Positions 50,001 through 64,000 of a stretch of DNA of 64,000 bases are shown here, piece by piece. Source of the stretch: Thalia democratica. Lineage: Eukaryota. Under the pieces are notes generated by a model, which saw only the letters and a list, made by a program, of their open reading frames with translations, did no database searches and was not told where the DNA came from. The stretch is taken from positions 69,874,001 to 69,938,000 of the forward strand of contig OZ241830.1 in the NCBI GenBank assembly GCA_965202585.1, in the 5' to 3' direction. The translations under genes and the position numbers were made by a program. The first letter of the stretch is position 1. Each line of letters begins with the position of its first letter.

Positions 50001-53000
50001 TAAACTTTTCACAATTAAATTTAAATACCAACGAAATATTGTTCAGAACTTCAATTTAATTTAAAGTACAGAAAATTTGATCTATGAGTTTTAAAAGGAT
50101 TTAATGTGTGTGATTTATAAAGCGATGATTGGTGTTTTAGTTTGTGTACTTTACGAGTTGTCTTTTTAGAACAAAGTTGTATTTACACATTTTAAATTGA
50201 TAAACTGAAACTTTTTTAATTAAAACAAGCTTTCGACTCGATAACTGAAATTCTTCGTGCACCAGGTCCTAGGACCAAATCTTTTGAGCGTTTTTTGTCG
50301 TTTTGTAAGCTAATACTATACTTTAAAGCTAAAGTTGTCTTTTTTTAAAACTATAAGAAAAGTACTAACAAAGCCGATTATACAACAACTTATTAATACG
50401 TTACCTAATACTAAACGGTAAGATTAAACAAATATGTAAACGTAAAAAATAACTTTACATATTTGTTCAAAGTTTAAATAAATAAAAAATACATTTTTAT
50501 AATAATAAGTTACTTTAAAACCTAATTTATTTATATACTAACCAGGAACCATAAACTGTATCCGATCGGTGTTTGACTCGGTAATCAGAATGTTATTTCG
50601 TTACAAGATATTAAAACCAATCATTTAAAGCGTTTTATTTATTGCGGTTCAATAAAAGGTTTTATATACATTTAAAAGTTACACAAGTTAGTTTAAAACT
50701 GTTTTTTTTTTTAATCCTTAAGCTTATTTACTCAACTGACAATACTTTTAGTGCATTCAGTTTAATTATTTTTTTATGCCTAATATTTAGTTTTTCTGTT
50801 TATAATCTACTTCACTTATTAATATAGAATGTTTATTAAGCACAAATATCATTAGATCATAGATAGTCAGTAATTTTAAGATAAAAGTGTCATAAAGAAA
50901 GCCACCTTAAACAGTGCATCTCTGTGAAATACATTTGGTTATGACGTCATAAGACTCAGGTGTTGAGAATAAATCTGTGGCTTGCAGATTGCTTGAAATG
51001 TATCGCTAACATGCAAAAGTATTGTCAAGGCCAGGGGTCGGCATCAAGTTGTGTAAAATTTGTCACATTGCATATGTTTTGACTGACTTTTAATATTTCA
51101 ATAAACATTTACTAGCGCACGACAGCTTTATATTATGTGTAGTGTAAAACAAGTGTACAACTCGAACTTAAAGTTTGAAGTATAGTTTCCTAAATAAAAG
51201 TTTTATGGTTAAATTAGTATATTTATTCAAAGCATGTTGAAATGAGCAAATATATTATTATCTTTGTGTACATAATAATCTGCGCAGTTTATTATAACAA
51301 AACAGAGATTTTTTTGTTTTGAAGCAAACAATTTTCAATTACTTAGTGTTAGCTGTCGTTATTTAAAGTTTAATACAACATTTTTAAACGAATAAATATT
51401 GTTTTTCTAAATTTTGACAATGAGGTCCTAAAACATTCGTTAGTATTAAAATTAAAAACCATTTACATAGAAAAAATGTAGATCCGATTAAAAATAACAA
51501 ACATCTGCTTGATTAGTAAAAACATTCGTAATATTTCTTATTATTACATAAACAACTGTCGTAGGTTAAAGATGTGTTCAAGATCGTTTTAAAAGGAATT
51601 TTATTTATTATTGAACATTTAATATAAATATGTGTCATATACTAAAGTAAAAAAAATATATGACATTATTTAGGTTTCCAGGTAAAGCAGAAAATTTTTA
51701 ACATTCCTGTCGTTAGAATATAAGAAAATGCCGAAATACACATTTAATGAACTACTTTAAAGTATTTAAAAAAAAGGTTAAGTAATTTGAAGAAAATTTC
51801 ATGATAACGTTTAATAATAAGATTAATGCTGTTATTTTTTCCTATTAATTTTAAAAAAGATATATTTTTTCTTAAATAAATTAAACTAAGCTAGCTGTTA
51901 AATATGTTTTAGCAGGAAATGATATTATTTATATCTATAAAACTTTACAGTTTTAAGTATATGAAACATTCCTAACAACTTTGTTTTCAAATAATCATCA
52001 AACCAACCTGCTGCTTTTGCTGCCCACAATTTTGCTGCCCTCCTCCTTCGCCGTTCCTCATCTTCTGCTCCTGCTGCTGCCTCATAGTGATCTTCTTGTC
52101 CTTGCACCGCTTGTTCTGGAACCACACCCTGATGACTCTTTGAGGAAGTCCCGTCATCGTGGTCAGCTGCTCCTTCATGATGGCGTCGGGTCTGCAGTTG
52201 TTCTCGTAGAAGGTGTGCAGCACCGTCAGCTGCTTCTCGTTCAGAACCGTCCTCTGTCTCGTCGTCTTCCCCTTGTTCTTGTTCGATCTTGCTGAGTGTC
52301 CTGATTCCTTGCCGATGTGTCCTCCCCTGTTAATGCAAACTGAGTGATCTGAGTTGATGTTCTGTCCTGGCATTATTTGGCCCGTGTAAGCATCTGCAAA
52401 AGTTTTATAATTTAAACTTAGAAGACTTGAAAACAATACAAAAACTACAATTTGTTATAACTTATAACTTTCATGTTTTTAGGTCAATTAAAAATTTGAT
52501 TTTCTAAGTTAAAAATAAAACAATTTAAAAATCATAAAGAATAATAATTATTAGACTGGCGTTTAAAAGCTGTGGAAAAATATTTCAATTGTATATTGAT
52601 TCATCGATGTCGATAGTTATTATCAATATAGCTAATTTAAAAAAAACCATATTCATAAAAGTTTATTAGATCTTTTTCTTTTTTATTACGTCAAGATAGC
52701 GTATGTCGGTAAAAGCATGTTTTGGCTGTCATCAAAATCAAGTCGATTACTTGTATAGCCTTTTTAACATAAAATTATAACAATGATAAGTTTTTTTTTT
52801 AATATCAATGTTATAATTTTTGTAATAGAATTCAATAAAATTTTTAAAAAACTGTATTTTGAAACAAAACGGTCATAAAGTTTTGGTATTTTTTCAAGCT
52901 AATAGCTAAAAAATTAACCGTCTGATAGGTACGTTAAAATTGATGTAAAATCCCGATAAGGCCAATTATATAAGTTGCAGCGTTTATCACTCAAAACAAA

Positions 53001-56000
53001 TTTTCTGCTAATCTTCAGCCTTAGTAGGTGACTTTATGAGCTGCAACTTGACTTTTCTTTGTTTTAATACTTCAATTGCGGGTTGAAAAGAAAAATTTAA
53101 CTGTCGTACTTAAGATGACTTCAAACTTTGACAAGTGGATTCACTTCATAAAACTTTTTTTTTCTCGTCATGAATATTTAAAGATAAGCTGTCAGGTGGG
53201 AACAGCTTTTATTTGTTCAAATTAATGTTCATTGCATTAAAGCGAGTCCATTTATTTCAGGTATTTAATAAACTTGTGATCTTTTGTTTTTAATCTATAG
53301 TTTTACATAAGTTGAGCTTTCAACTTCTAGCTGGATTGTAAAACATTAAGAATATTTTAGTCTATGTACTATTCTTCAAGTAAATAAAATTATAAATAAA
53401 AAAAAACCTTTATGTGTTTGTTTTGTTTTTCAAATCAACTAAAGAAACAAGTAAAAAAATATAGTTTGCATCTTTATAGGTTTTAAGTAAAATATAACTT
53501 GTACAGGTTTTTAAAACAAACTCTGAGGTCAAGTCTTTGAAATTTTTAAACTATTTTGTCTGAAATTAATTAATTTTATTTATTTACTGTTTTTTTTTTT
53601 GCAAACTCCATGATTAACAAGACTGCCGACAATTTTTCTCGGCAAAGAAAAGTTTAATATAAAATACAGCTAAAATTTAATAATGCATGGGCGCGAACTA
53701 AAACTGAAAATTAACACAAACAACAGCAACCAAAACATAAAAGAGCCAACACTTTTTAACATTAAAGCGCTTTCACTATCAAAAGAGTTTTATAACAAAA
53801 TTTCAAAAAATATTGGCTTTTGTTGCATAAAATCTGATTACGAAGTGCGAAGGTGAAGTTATCTGAGGTTAAGTTACACGGATTATCCAATTATCGCACG
53901 GTAGCTGGCGGTAGTGCAGATTTTTATGCATGAGTGATTTATGTTTGAACTTGTTTAGAACCTCATGCATTAGAGGCCAGTCAGTGGTTAAAAAGATATT
54001 TTCTGGTACCAAATTGGATGCGGCATCACTTTAGAACTTAAAGTGTTTGTGTAGATTTCAGTATCTACAAACTATTAAATCTTTTCAGTAGCTTGGTTTT
54101 GTGCATCAACTTAAGTTACGAGGTTACAATAAACTGCTTTTTAAATACGGTATCAAATTATTATGTTCCTTAATTGTAAAAAAAATATTTTGTTTTAGCA
54201 GAACTAGATTATATTTGATATCTTTAAGTGAGTATAAGTTAATTCGATTTTATTTTGATTTAAGTACTTGATAAACAACTGAAATTAACTTCAAATACTC
54301 AAGTATGATTAAAAGTTTAACTAAAGAAATAAAACAATTTACGTTTATAGAATTAAAGATATAACACAACTGTGTTTAAGCTGCTTAAACAATTTTTTAG
54401 CCTACGTTTACAGTTTTGAAATTTGTTTGTCTAAATAAAAAAAAGTAAAACTGCATCAGGAGAATTCTTAAATATATCAATTAAAACTAGATTTGTTAAA
54501 AGAACAAAATGACTTACCAATAATACTGTTGTCATCTGTTGAATTGTTGAAAATTCTTTCGTAATCTTTTATGCAGTAGATGCTTCCATCTTCGTTACAC
54601 ACGAATGAATCTCCTGGTATCAATTGATTGTGACAAGCGTAACATCTGTTTGATATTAAAAAATTGTATTGACAACTTCAAGTCATCAGTGCTGAACTGT
54701 ATAAGTGTGATTATAACATGATACAAATACTCTACATACAAACAATTCGTTTTTAAATAACATGGTGATAGATATTTTAGCAAGTATCTTTCAAACTAAC
54801 TTTATTTACTCAATATTAAGTTTAAATGATAGATTGTATATGTTGTTAAAATGTAAATTAATGTTTTTATCACCTCTAATTTACTTAAATCATTTTATTT
54901 CTAAATATTTCTAAATTTAAAACAAGTATTGTTATAATGCTCACTTACATAAAATAATGGTAAGATATATAATGCAATATCAAAAATTATTTTAACAGTT
55001 ATCACTAACCTAAAACACTGAACGTGGTACTTTTTATCTCTTACAGACATCATCGAATCCCCTTTGACCAGTCCAAGTTTGCACTTTGCGCATTTTGGCG
55101 CAAACAAGCTGAAATAAATAATTTATTTTTTAAGTCATTAGTGTATATATAACTTGCTGTTGATCAGTTTCAAAACGTTTTATAAGAAACTTTATATAAA
55201 ACAGTTATACTTGCAACAAAAAAAATTTTTAACTTTCAAATAAAACGTATAAAACTAAAACAATTTGTAAGTTGATACTTTGATTACTGCTTGCTAGGCT
55301 CAAGAAGGAAATATTTATTTGATATTTAAAACGTTTTATGATAAGGTTTAATAAATTCAACTTAGTGTATTTCTAATTATCTTTTTTTATTACATCTTAA
55401 TCAACTTTATAGTTATAGTTTTTGAATGGCTTAATAGTTTTTTTTATTGGCTTTAAAACTATTTAGCTTCAAATACTTTACTTTGGATATTGTTTTAAAA
55501 ACTTCTTGAAAAACACAGCTTTTAATAGATGTTATACTCTTAGCGCTCTATAAACAATTTTTTTGAAACTTTTTTATGTTTAAGTTTAGTTTTATTCGTT
55601 TGTTACTGCTTTATGTATTATTAATAGCTAATTAGTTCTACGCTAAGATTGTCCGAACTTTATTTTTCTGAACATTGAGAAAAATAAACCCGGTTGAACT
55701 TATGTACACGAAACAAGTCTGCTTGAATATTTAAGTATATCGCGACAATACGCTATTACGCGCTGCTTAAAGCTTCCTGAAAATGAGCTCCCGTAGAACT
55801 TCCTTGCTGCATCAAATGGCGACATTTTTACTGTGCCCGTGACGTTTTGTCACTTTAACCATTTCGTTGTGTCTGCCTACATGTTTGTATTTAAAAATTA
55901 AAGTGCCGCAGTCCGGATTGAAAGCAAGATTTCAATCATACTTATGTCACTTGAACGGCATTACAACTTGGCAGCTGACCTCAACAGCTATTATGACGTC

Positions 56001-59000
56001 ATAACGAAGTTTATATTTAAGCTTTTTATAAGGAATTTATTTAATAATTAATCAAAACTCCATTAGTTCTGGACTGAAAAATAAAACCCTTTAGAATTAA
56101 AACTGAACTCCTCAGTCATGTGTTGATCATTTAACTCAGTAAATTGAAGTCAAGTGTCAAATTTGAAACGAAATTTCTAATTTTGAGACATGCATCTTTT
56201 TTTATGTTAAGTTTATCGATAGCTTAAATATTATTTATGTAAACAATTCAAAGTTCGGTTGAATGAGAAAGTACGATGTGTAGAAACAGTGATAAGTAAG
56301 CAGAGTTATTTGCAGTTGATAACATATGTCGACTGGCGCGACACAAGCAGACAAAAACCGCTTTTTCTTGTATATTATGTTTTTATTACAATCCTGTTAC
56401 TTCGCGGCTTTTCCTGTTTATTTTAGTTTTTAAATAAGTTTAACAACAAAAATCATTCGATTCTAATTAAGTTTAGAACGTTGTGTATTAGAATCTGAGA
56501 AAATTAACAGAAAATTTTTATTTAGGTCCTCACTTAAACTTATTTTAAACACTAATGTACATTTTCTTAATAATTTTTATAAAAAAATCATCAAGTTTAT
56601 GTATTAACATTAATTCTGCCTTTGTTTATATTCATTTTACTTTAAAGAATTTATCAAGAAAAATCCACATACGTAACCAATTTTATTCGGTAATTATTTT
56701 AACTGAAATTTTTTAATATGGTTGGCACTTTATAGTCCTATAATTTATCTTTGAAACTGATTAGATCATGTTTAAAGCTCATTGTACTAACAATTCACGA
56801 AACGCAAAGACGAAAATATTTTTACTAAATTCGGCACTAATTTGTTTAATGACTTTTTATTTTTGGTGAAAATAAACGTAGATTACAGTTTTGATGTTTT
56901 TAGTAAAAAAGAATTTACGTGTTTGATCATCATACAGTTGACCGGTATTAAACATTATTTATATTTACTTACACATATAGTAGTAGACTTTGTCAGTAAA
57001 CAGTTTGAATTTGAAATATGTACTTTTGTGTTATCTTTTTTTATTTTAAGTGTAAAAATGACATACAGATTCCAGTTTTTTTATGAGCACTACTTGAGTT
57101 TGTTATTACATATACGTACTAAAACAGCTTTAAAAATTATTATAACAGTTATAATGATTATATAACTGTAGTTTTTCAAAGAGCATTTTTAATTAATTAC
57201 TTGTTGAAATCTTATAATTTTGTTGTTAAACTAATAAATTTTTATTCAAAAGTTCTCAAATTTTATTTATACTTAATTCAAACTAATATCAGAAATTTTT
57301 GATAAATAACAGGTGAGAACTTAATTTTAAAAAATTTCTCATTAAAAAACTCTAATAAATATTAAAAATTAAGAAAAAATATGCAAGAAGGCTTACAAAT
57401 TGTCGAGTTGTCCTCACATGTAAATATTTACGTATTGATTACGCCATAACAAAAATAGTTTTTCGAAAAACGTCGCAAACTTGAACTTACAGAACAGAAA
57501 TGACGTCATTTCAGAGTGGCGTCACTTGAATTTTCGATGGCTGCCTACTGAGTTGCAAATAAAAAGACAATTATTGTCTGTTTAAAGTGCTAATAACAAT
57601 AGAAATATTACTTTTCTTAAACTTGTAAATATACATGCTAATATTATTAACTATTTTAAAAAGTATTATTTTACAAAAAAATTCAACTTAATTAGATGTT
57701 TTTTATTTCTTGAGTCGAGTCTGAAGGAGAAATGTTCACTTAACTTTTTGTTTACTCTATATCTAGTCAACGTTAAAGAAATTATATTATGATAAAAATG
57801 TTAACAAGTTAGATTGGTTTAAGCCTATAAAACTATAACTAAAAACACTAACGTACTTTTTTAAGCTCCTAAATAAGCTTTATAGCTCAGAGCAGCATTT
57901 AATTTGGTTAATAGACAAAATACAAGAAAAATGAAAAAGTAAAACTGCATAAGTACTTAGTAAACAAGTAAAACTTGAACTAGTTAATCACATATTTGAA
58001 ATCTCGAACCGTTTTCATTAATTATTAATAAACCTAATTTATTCTCGAACATAGTTGTATTAAGGGTTCTCTTGGCATCATACAAACAACGACAATTGTA
58101 AGCTATATTATAGCAGCAGCTTAAAAACACAAGTAGTCACAAGTTAACTAAAAAACCATTCCGCAAACTAATTGTGTGAGATGATAGGTTCTTGAAGATT
58201 TTTAAGCGACTTGAACCAATTAAAAAGTTTCTAAAAATCCATTTTCGACTCGTTCTACTTCATGGCTGGTGTTGACGAGTTGTCGTCGATATTGATTATG
58301 ACGTCATACGATGAGATATAAAGCGATAACTTAATACATACCAACGTTGCTTTATAACACTACAAATTGTGATTTGATCGTACAATTTCTTTATAAAATT
58401 TGTTAATTATTTACATTAACAGTTTTATAAGTTTTCTATATATATATTTTTCTCTTTAACTGTGTGCAGCAAAACACTACGCTAAGTTTTTCAAAGGTCG
58501 GCAAGGGGCAATTAAGACGGAGACAAGCCTCAATTTGACGTCGAAAGTTGCTTGTCGGCCGACATCAGGTTCGTGTGTGAGATCGGAACCTTTTAATTGC
58601 TCCTCCCCAAATTGCAGCGAGGTTGCCTAGCAACAACCGGTATTTATTATTGATCGACACATTCCACTGAGCGCACTCAAGATTCCTGTTCTGTTGTTAC
58701 GTCACAATAGCGGATTTAGCTGACTGAACAGTTAAAATTGTATCACACCATCGTTTACATGTCATGCATAGGTGAGCGTGAAGGAACCTATTAAGAATAG
58801 ATAGCTGAAAAGAAAACTTATAAGAAAGTCATGAGTTTGAATTGTAGATAAGAGGCAATATTTAAAATTAAACTGAAAATTTCTAAAAAAGTTTTATTCG
58901 TAACTTAAAGTTTTAGTTTTTATTGCATTTATGAGCACGAAAAAGTTTAATTAAACTTGTTTCCGGAAGTGAAAAAACATCGATCTTTTTAAAGTCAAAG

Positions 59001-62000
59001 TTGAGGAGTTTGTGATATATCATAAGATCGCAATTAGAAAAGAATATTTAAGAAATTTTCCCTTGTTTTAAGTTTTGAAATATTGATGAGACTGCCAACA
59101 GAGTAACACAACAAAACAGACTGTTTTCTGTCACACAACAGCTTTGCTTGCAGAGAAGTGCGAGTGAAGTAAAAATAAGGTTTTTAAACGCTAGTTTTAT
59201 TTTATAACTTTTTTGTCACAGTTAAAAGTATCGAATTTCTTTTATATTGAAAAAACGCTTTTAGTGTTAGTATTAAAAAAAAAACACACTATATCATAAG
59301 TCATTGCTCAAAAATATGAATCGGGACTTTTGGGACATTTTGAAGTTGTTATCATTTGTATGTTTAAAACTCGTAGAGTAACACAATGGTTAACGCTTTA
59401 TTTAATTGTATATAAAGTTGTGAACTTTTTTTAATAAAATATGTTTTTACGACTATGTTAAGCTGACTCTAAGTTTTTATCAAACTCATTAAACTGTACT
59501 TCCTTACCATACTTAACAGTAAAATATGGACTCCTTATATTTTAAATAATTATAGAATTTTCGTGCATAAAAAATAAAAACAGTTCGAATAGCATAAAAT
59601 ATTCAATTTTTGTACAATATAGGTTTTATCTTAAAAATTTTGAAAAAAACTGAATCAAAAAGTTTAGTTTAACTCAAAAACTGTCAACTGTTGTAAGATT
59701 CAGTAATTTATATTTAGAACTGGCAATTTGGTTTGTTTTTTATAATTTCACTTAGCGTTGATAGTTTTTGATAACTTAACAATTTAAGAATTTTAAACTT
59801 TTATTTTTTTTTTTTTTTCAAACACTGATTAATTATTTTTTGATAATTACGTACAATTTACTCACTTGTATTAAATAAATTGTTAATTATTCAAATCAAT
59901 TCGTTTTATTCTAATACTTCATAAGTTTTACAATAAAAATATAATTAAAAGCAAACAATGCATGTATCAATACGAAAAAACTATTTTCTTAATACTTAAT
60001 ATAAATGACTTGCCAAAGCTCAAAAGGCATAAATAATTCATTTAGCAAAATGATAAGATGAATATTTGTGAGATTATTAGTTAAAAGTGTGAATTCTTGA
60101 ATCGCATGTTAAATTGATTATATATTATTGCACTAAAGCATAAGCATGAAAAATTAATAATAATTTAAAAACTGTTATAACCTACTGATTTAAGAGTTTT
60201 GCTTTGCGTAATTTCTATGTCTATGCGAATTTTAAGTATGAAGTTTTGAAATCATTAGTAAAATAGCATAATTGAAGTTTTATAAAAAAAAGATAAATCA
60301 AATACAAAAATGTTTTAAAGTTAAGTTTTAGCACATATTGACTATTTTTAAAACAATATTTTATTTAACTAACATAAGCTTAAAAACAATCATTATAAAA
60401 CATCCTACAACTATATTTCTAAACAATATTGTTTATCGTTTACTTTAGAGTTTTTCAGTTTTTAAAAATGAAAATTTTAAAAGTATTTGTTTTAAAAATT
60501 TAGTTTAAAAGAAAAACACTATTTAGTTTAGTTTTGTTTTAATGCAGTTTGATTTCTTTCTCTAAACTTTTGCTATTTAACAAAACACTTTGAAAAATTC
60601 CAAAACATGCACCACACAATGTAGTTTTACCGTTTTTACTTCATTTACCTGACATGTGAGTTAATCGAGCCGTTAGTTTATTAGGTCAACAAGCGAAATC
60701 AACTTGACAAATAGAAAAATTTACTTTTGTTTTTTAAATCATTGAATCAACTGCACAAATTGAAGAGGTGTTTTCAATTAACAGTGCCAAAACTAAAAGG
60801 TTCGTAAGTTTTGCTGAACATACTTTAACCGACAATGTATCACTTGCGTTTCTAAAATAATTTAATTGCTTGTAATGGAGCAAATTAAGTTTATCAAGAT
60901 AACTTTTTCTATAGCGTCAAAAGCATAACGGCAAAGTTAATAAATAGATTGTAATAAATTAAATCTAATTTGTCTTTAAAACTTTTAAAAATTTATTTAA
61001 CACAAATAACTTGAAATTTTTTTTTAAATTTTGTTAAATTTTGTTTTAAAGACACTACTTTAACTTTTAACTCGATATAATGCTTCGCAGTTTTCAAATA
61101 ATTTTATTGACATATTTATGTTGCGTGTTTTAAACTACTGTAGGTTTAATTATTTTTAGCAATTTACTCTTCTAAGCTTTAAATCTATTATGTTACAGAA
61201 AACAAACAAACTGAAAATAGTCGTTTTTGCAGTAAAGTTTGTTGTCCCTGATGAAGCAGGTTCTCATATCAGCCAGGTTGCAACCACATGCGGTGCACTT
61301 TAGACATTTTGAATGCCAGTCGACCCCCTGTGAGGTGCTGATGTAGGGACCGTGGATCAAGTGACCACAAGCCATACAAGTTCTGGTACCAAGACCTAAT
61401 AATAACTTCATTATAAACTCTACTGTTAGATTATAAAAACAGCAGTTTAAACACTAATATTTTTCTAAATGTTTTCGTATTTGATGAAACATATTCGAGT
61501 TTATAAGCTTAACTTATTGAATATATTATTTTGACATACTGAACAGGTTTTTTGTGACTACGTTTTTTTTTCAAATAAAAAGTAAAAAAGTTTTGTATAC
61601 TATTTAACATTTTAGCAACAATATATTAAATTATCTATAAGGATAAGTGCGTTATTTTATTAACTCAATCAAAACTCAGGATAATTGACTACCGAAATAA
61701 ATTTTTAAATCACACACCTTTTTACATCTATAAGGTCAACCGCCGAGTCAAATTGCTGTTCTCTTTTATAAAACAGCATAATCTAAATGTTTTAAACCTC
61801 ACTTTCTTCCGGTAGTTGCGAGATATTAGCTACTTGCATTTACTGCATTTTTTTTTCTTTTTAATATTTTTCACATTTTACTTGTAACTCCAACATTTTT
61901 AAATCAAACACCCACCAAAGGCTATCGGTCAAGTTATCTATACGTTTGACTGGACTAATTTTTGTAAGACTGACTAAAAAACAGCTCATAAAAGTTTTGA

Positions 62001-63355
62001 AATCTTATATTGTGAACGCTTTTTTTTAATTAACGTTTGTTACTGTATACTTAAGTGCTATGAGATAAATAAAATAAATATTGTGGTCTAAGAAAAGGTA
62101 AAACTTATCTATTTTTATCGTTTTTGATAATTTCAAGAACGGGTCAAATATGCTTAAAGGAACACTTTAGCACTAAGGGACATATTTCTCCACGAAGACA
62201 CTTTTTCACGAAAAAACATTTTTTTCACGAGGGTTACTAATACACGAGAGTACAAAAACTAAATAAATTAAATAGATAAAAAAATAAATAAATAAAAGTT
62301 AGTAAAAAAACAGAAAACTTAAATAAAATAAAGTTACCGACCGAGAGTAAGGGTTAGGGGTAGCAGTGATGGTAAAACAAAAAAAAAAGGCATTTTATAC
62401 AATAAAAAAAAAAAATTAAAACAAAAACTCAAAAAAATTGAAAAATCAAAATGAAAGTAAAAATACCGACCGAGGGTAAGGGTTAGAGGTAACGGTGATA
62501 GTAAATATTAAAACATTAAACAAATGAAAAATAGAAACTAATAAAACAAAGTTTAAATATTTGATATTTAACCCTCGCAAAAGTTTGTTCTTGCAAAACT
62601 TTCTTCGTGCAAAACTGTCCTTTCGCGCTTATTTGACAACTAGCCGATAATTTTAACGTTATTTTTGTTTAGATGTAACTTAGTTTTCAAAACAATCAAA
62701 CTTGTTGGTTCATTGCAGCTGTAAACTAATGTTTCGGTTTGAAAAATAATTAAATTGAAGAAATTAAATGTTTTTTTTTATCTTTTAGACCCGTATCTCA
62801 ATAAGTTCTGTCCTTTAGTTGAACTCATAATTTTTTTTTATATAAGACTAATAAAATAAAATATTCTTGTTAAACACATTAAAAAAATACTAGTACATAA
62901 AAACTAATTACCTCCATTTAAAAAACAAAATTAGTAAGTTTAAGGACATAAGTATAGGTATAATTTACTATTTTAATTTAAAATGACCTTAATAAAGTTT
63001 TTTTAAACGTGCTAAAACTAAAAAGTAAAAAAGAAATACTTTTACATAACAGATATTCACCTCTTTTACTTTGTTTTGCGTTGTCAACATTTTTAGGAAA
63101 CTTTCCTTTTATCACAGTAAGACTTGACCTGCTCGACATCCCCTGACTCGAAACTTGTCCCTTGTTCGAGTGAAAGCATATCTCGCTTCCGGTGTTTCCC
63201 CCTTCTTGGTACCCAGGTGAGAAGTAGCCCTGAGAGCTGCTGCCCACCGAGTAGTCGTCAAAATTGTTCCAATCAAAGGTGTCCTGACTTTCTGGTGGTT
63301 TCTGACAATGTGGAAGGTTTCCTGTCAATTGGACGTCCTGCTTAGACGTTTTCAT
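46875..63355 (-). CDS. Isl: Islet-class LIM-homeobox gene, copy B; complement join(63355-63061,61395-61212,55108-55010,54645-54518,52393-52008,47583-47389,47027-46875), 479 aa
   Basis: Same seven exons, splice sites and phases as copy A, no stops or frameshifts; 1440 nt. Confidence 0.93.
47389..47583 (-). CDS. Isl: Islet B exon 6
   Basis: KEAYNSND...[25 protein letters not shown]; tttttag acceptor, CTG|GTAAGT donor; 195 nt. Confidence 0.9.
52008..52393 (-). CDS. Isl: Islet B exon 5 (homeodomain)
   Basis: Homeodomain identical in protein to A; donor CAG|GTTGGT. Confidence 0.93.
54518..54645 (-). CDS. Isl: Islet B exon 4 (LIM2, second half)
   Basis: Protein identical to A exon 4, two synonymous differences; not in the ORF track. 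Confidence 0.92.
55010..55108 (-). CDS. Isl: Islet B exon 3 (LIM2, first half)
   Basis: LFAPKCAKC...YHVQCFR; 99 nt as in A. Confidence 0.92.
58491..58712 (-). promoter_or_regulatory. Intron-2 conserved element (copy B)
   Basis: Mirror of 7078-7300; X-box-like motif 58622-58634. Confidence 0.6.
61212..61395 (-). CDS. Isl: Islet B exon 2 (LIM1)
   Basis: CMAC..H..CLKCTAC..CKND; 184 nt as in A. Confidence 0.92.
62150..62630. mobile_element. Paralogous copy of the MITE-like element in Islet B intron 1
   Basis: Same structure at the mirrored position, so the insertion predates duplication or homogenisation of this segment. Confidence 0.5.
63061..63355 (-). CDS. Isl: Islet B coding exon 1
   Basis: [10 protein letters not shown]...QSKRG, paralogous to A exon 1 with a 5-codon insertion; donor AGAG|GTGAAT. 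Confidence 0.8.
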
Positions 63356-64000
63356 CTGATATTCGATGACGCACGTTGAGTGAAATTTGGTCAAAGTTCA
63401 AATTTACTTACGACTTAGTACTGTTATAAGCTGAAAAAAGACGAGATGTAACTAGCAGTCTACTTAAGAGCTTTACAAATAAATGATGATACCATAACGT
63501 TTAATCTATTGTGTTGGTCTCATTGTGGTAGCAAAAAAATATATGTAACATTTTTTTATGTCTTAGATATTTTTTCTAAGGAGTTTATTTTCAGAATTAT
63601 AAAAAACTCACAGCTTTAATATGATGAGTTGTTTAGATAAACTTTATTTAAAAAACTTATACAACAGCTAAGTAAACAATTAAATAACTTTCTTTTACTT
63701 TACTTGAAAAGTATATAGTGTTTCTTTATAAAATGTTTTTAAATAAAAAAAATAAATTTTATTTCAGAAACAAGTACTTTAAATTATTAAAAGTTGTAAT
63801 CTTGTGTTAGTACAACTCTAACGTTTCTTTAGAAGTTTAAAGTTAAAGTAAAAGCTGAAATAAAGTAAATATTTTTGACACAGTAAACACATACACTTTT
63901 GTTTTCAAAAGCTCTTTGCACTTATCTTAAAATTTAAAACCCTCAAAACTTATTAACATTTTTAAATAATAATGTTATCAATCTTTTCAAGAGTTTTTTA

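Larger units (their letters stand above)
45130..64000 (-). repeat. Right arm of large inverted segmental duplication (continues past window end)
   Basis: As for the left arm. Confidence 0.92.

Noticed and set aside
308-57165. Remaining 60-107 aa ORFs of the track rich in F, K, L, I, N
   Set aside because: Composition mirrors AT-rich non-coding DNA, many use non-ATG starts, and frames are not kept between the duplicated arms.

Overview
A strongly AT-rich animal genomic window. A tunicate origin is a low-confidence guess from motif content and the style of the kelch family; it cannot be verified here. The window is dominated by a duplicated Islet (ISL1/2-type LIM-homeobox) locus. Two intact seven-exon Islet paralogues face each other tail-to-tail: copy A on + (2461-18766, about 474 aa) and copy B on - (63355-46875, about 479 aa). 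They lie in the arms of a ~19 kb inverted duplication whose right arm runs off the window end. The ~25 kb spacer holds a third, dead Islet copy (C, - strand, ~25.6-33.1 kb). C keeps only a frameshifted LIM1 exon but retains nearly all of intron 2 with its conserved non-coding elements. The spacer also holds triplicated non-coding modules (one rich in RFX X-box-like motifs and overlapping a possible 23-25 codon ORF) and an intronless kelch-only ORF. Both live Islet proteins carry a long N-terminal extension, apparently lack the canonical Lhx3/4-binding domain, and share a near-identical, GC3-rich homeobox tract. No rRNA, tRNA, CRISPR array or autonomous transposon was recognised. All identities and substitution counts are hand alignments.
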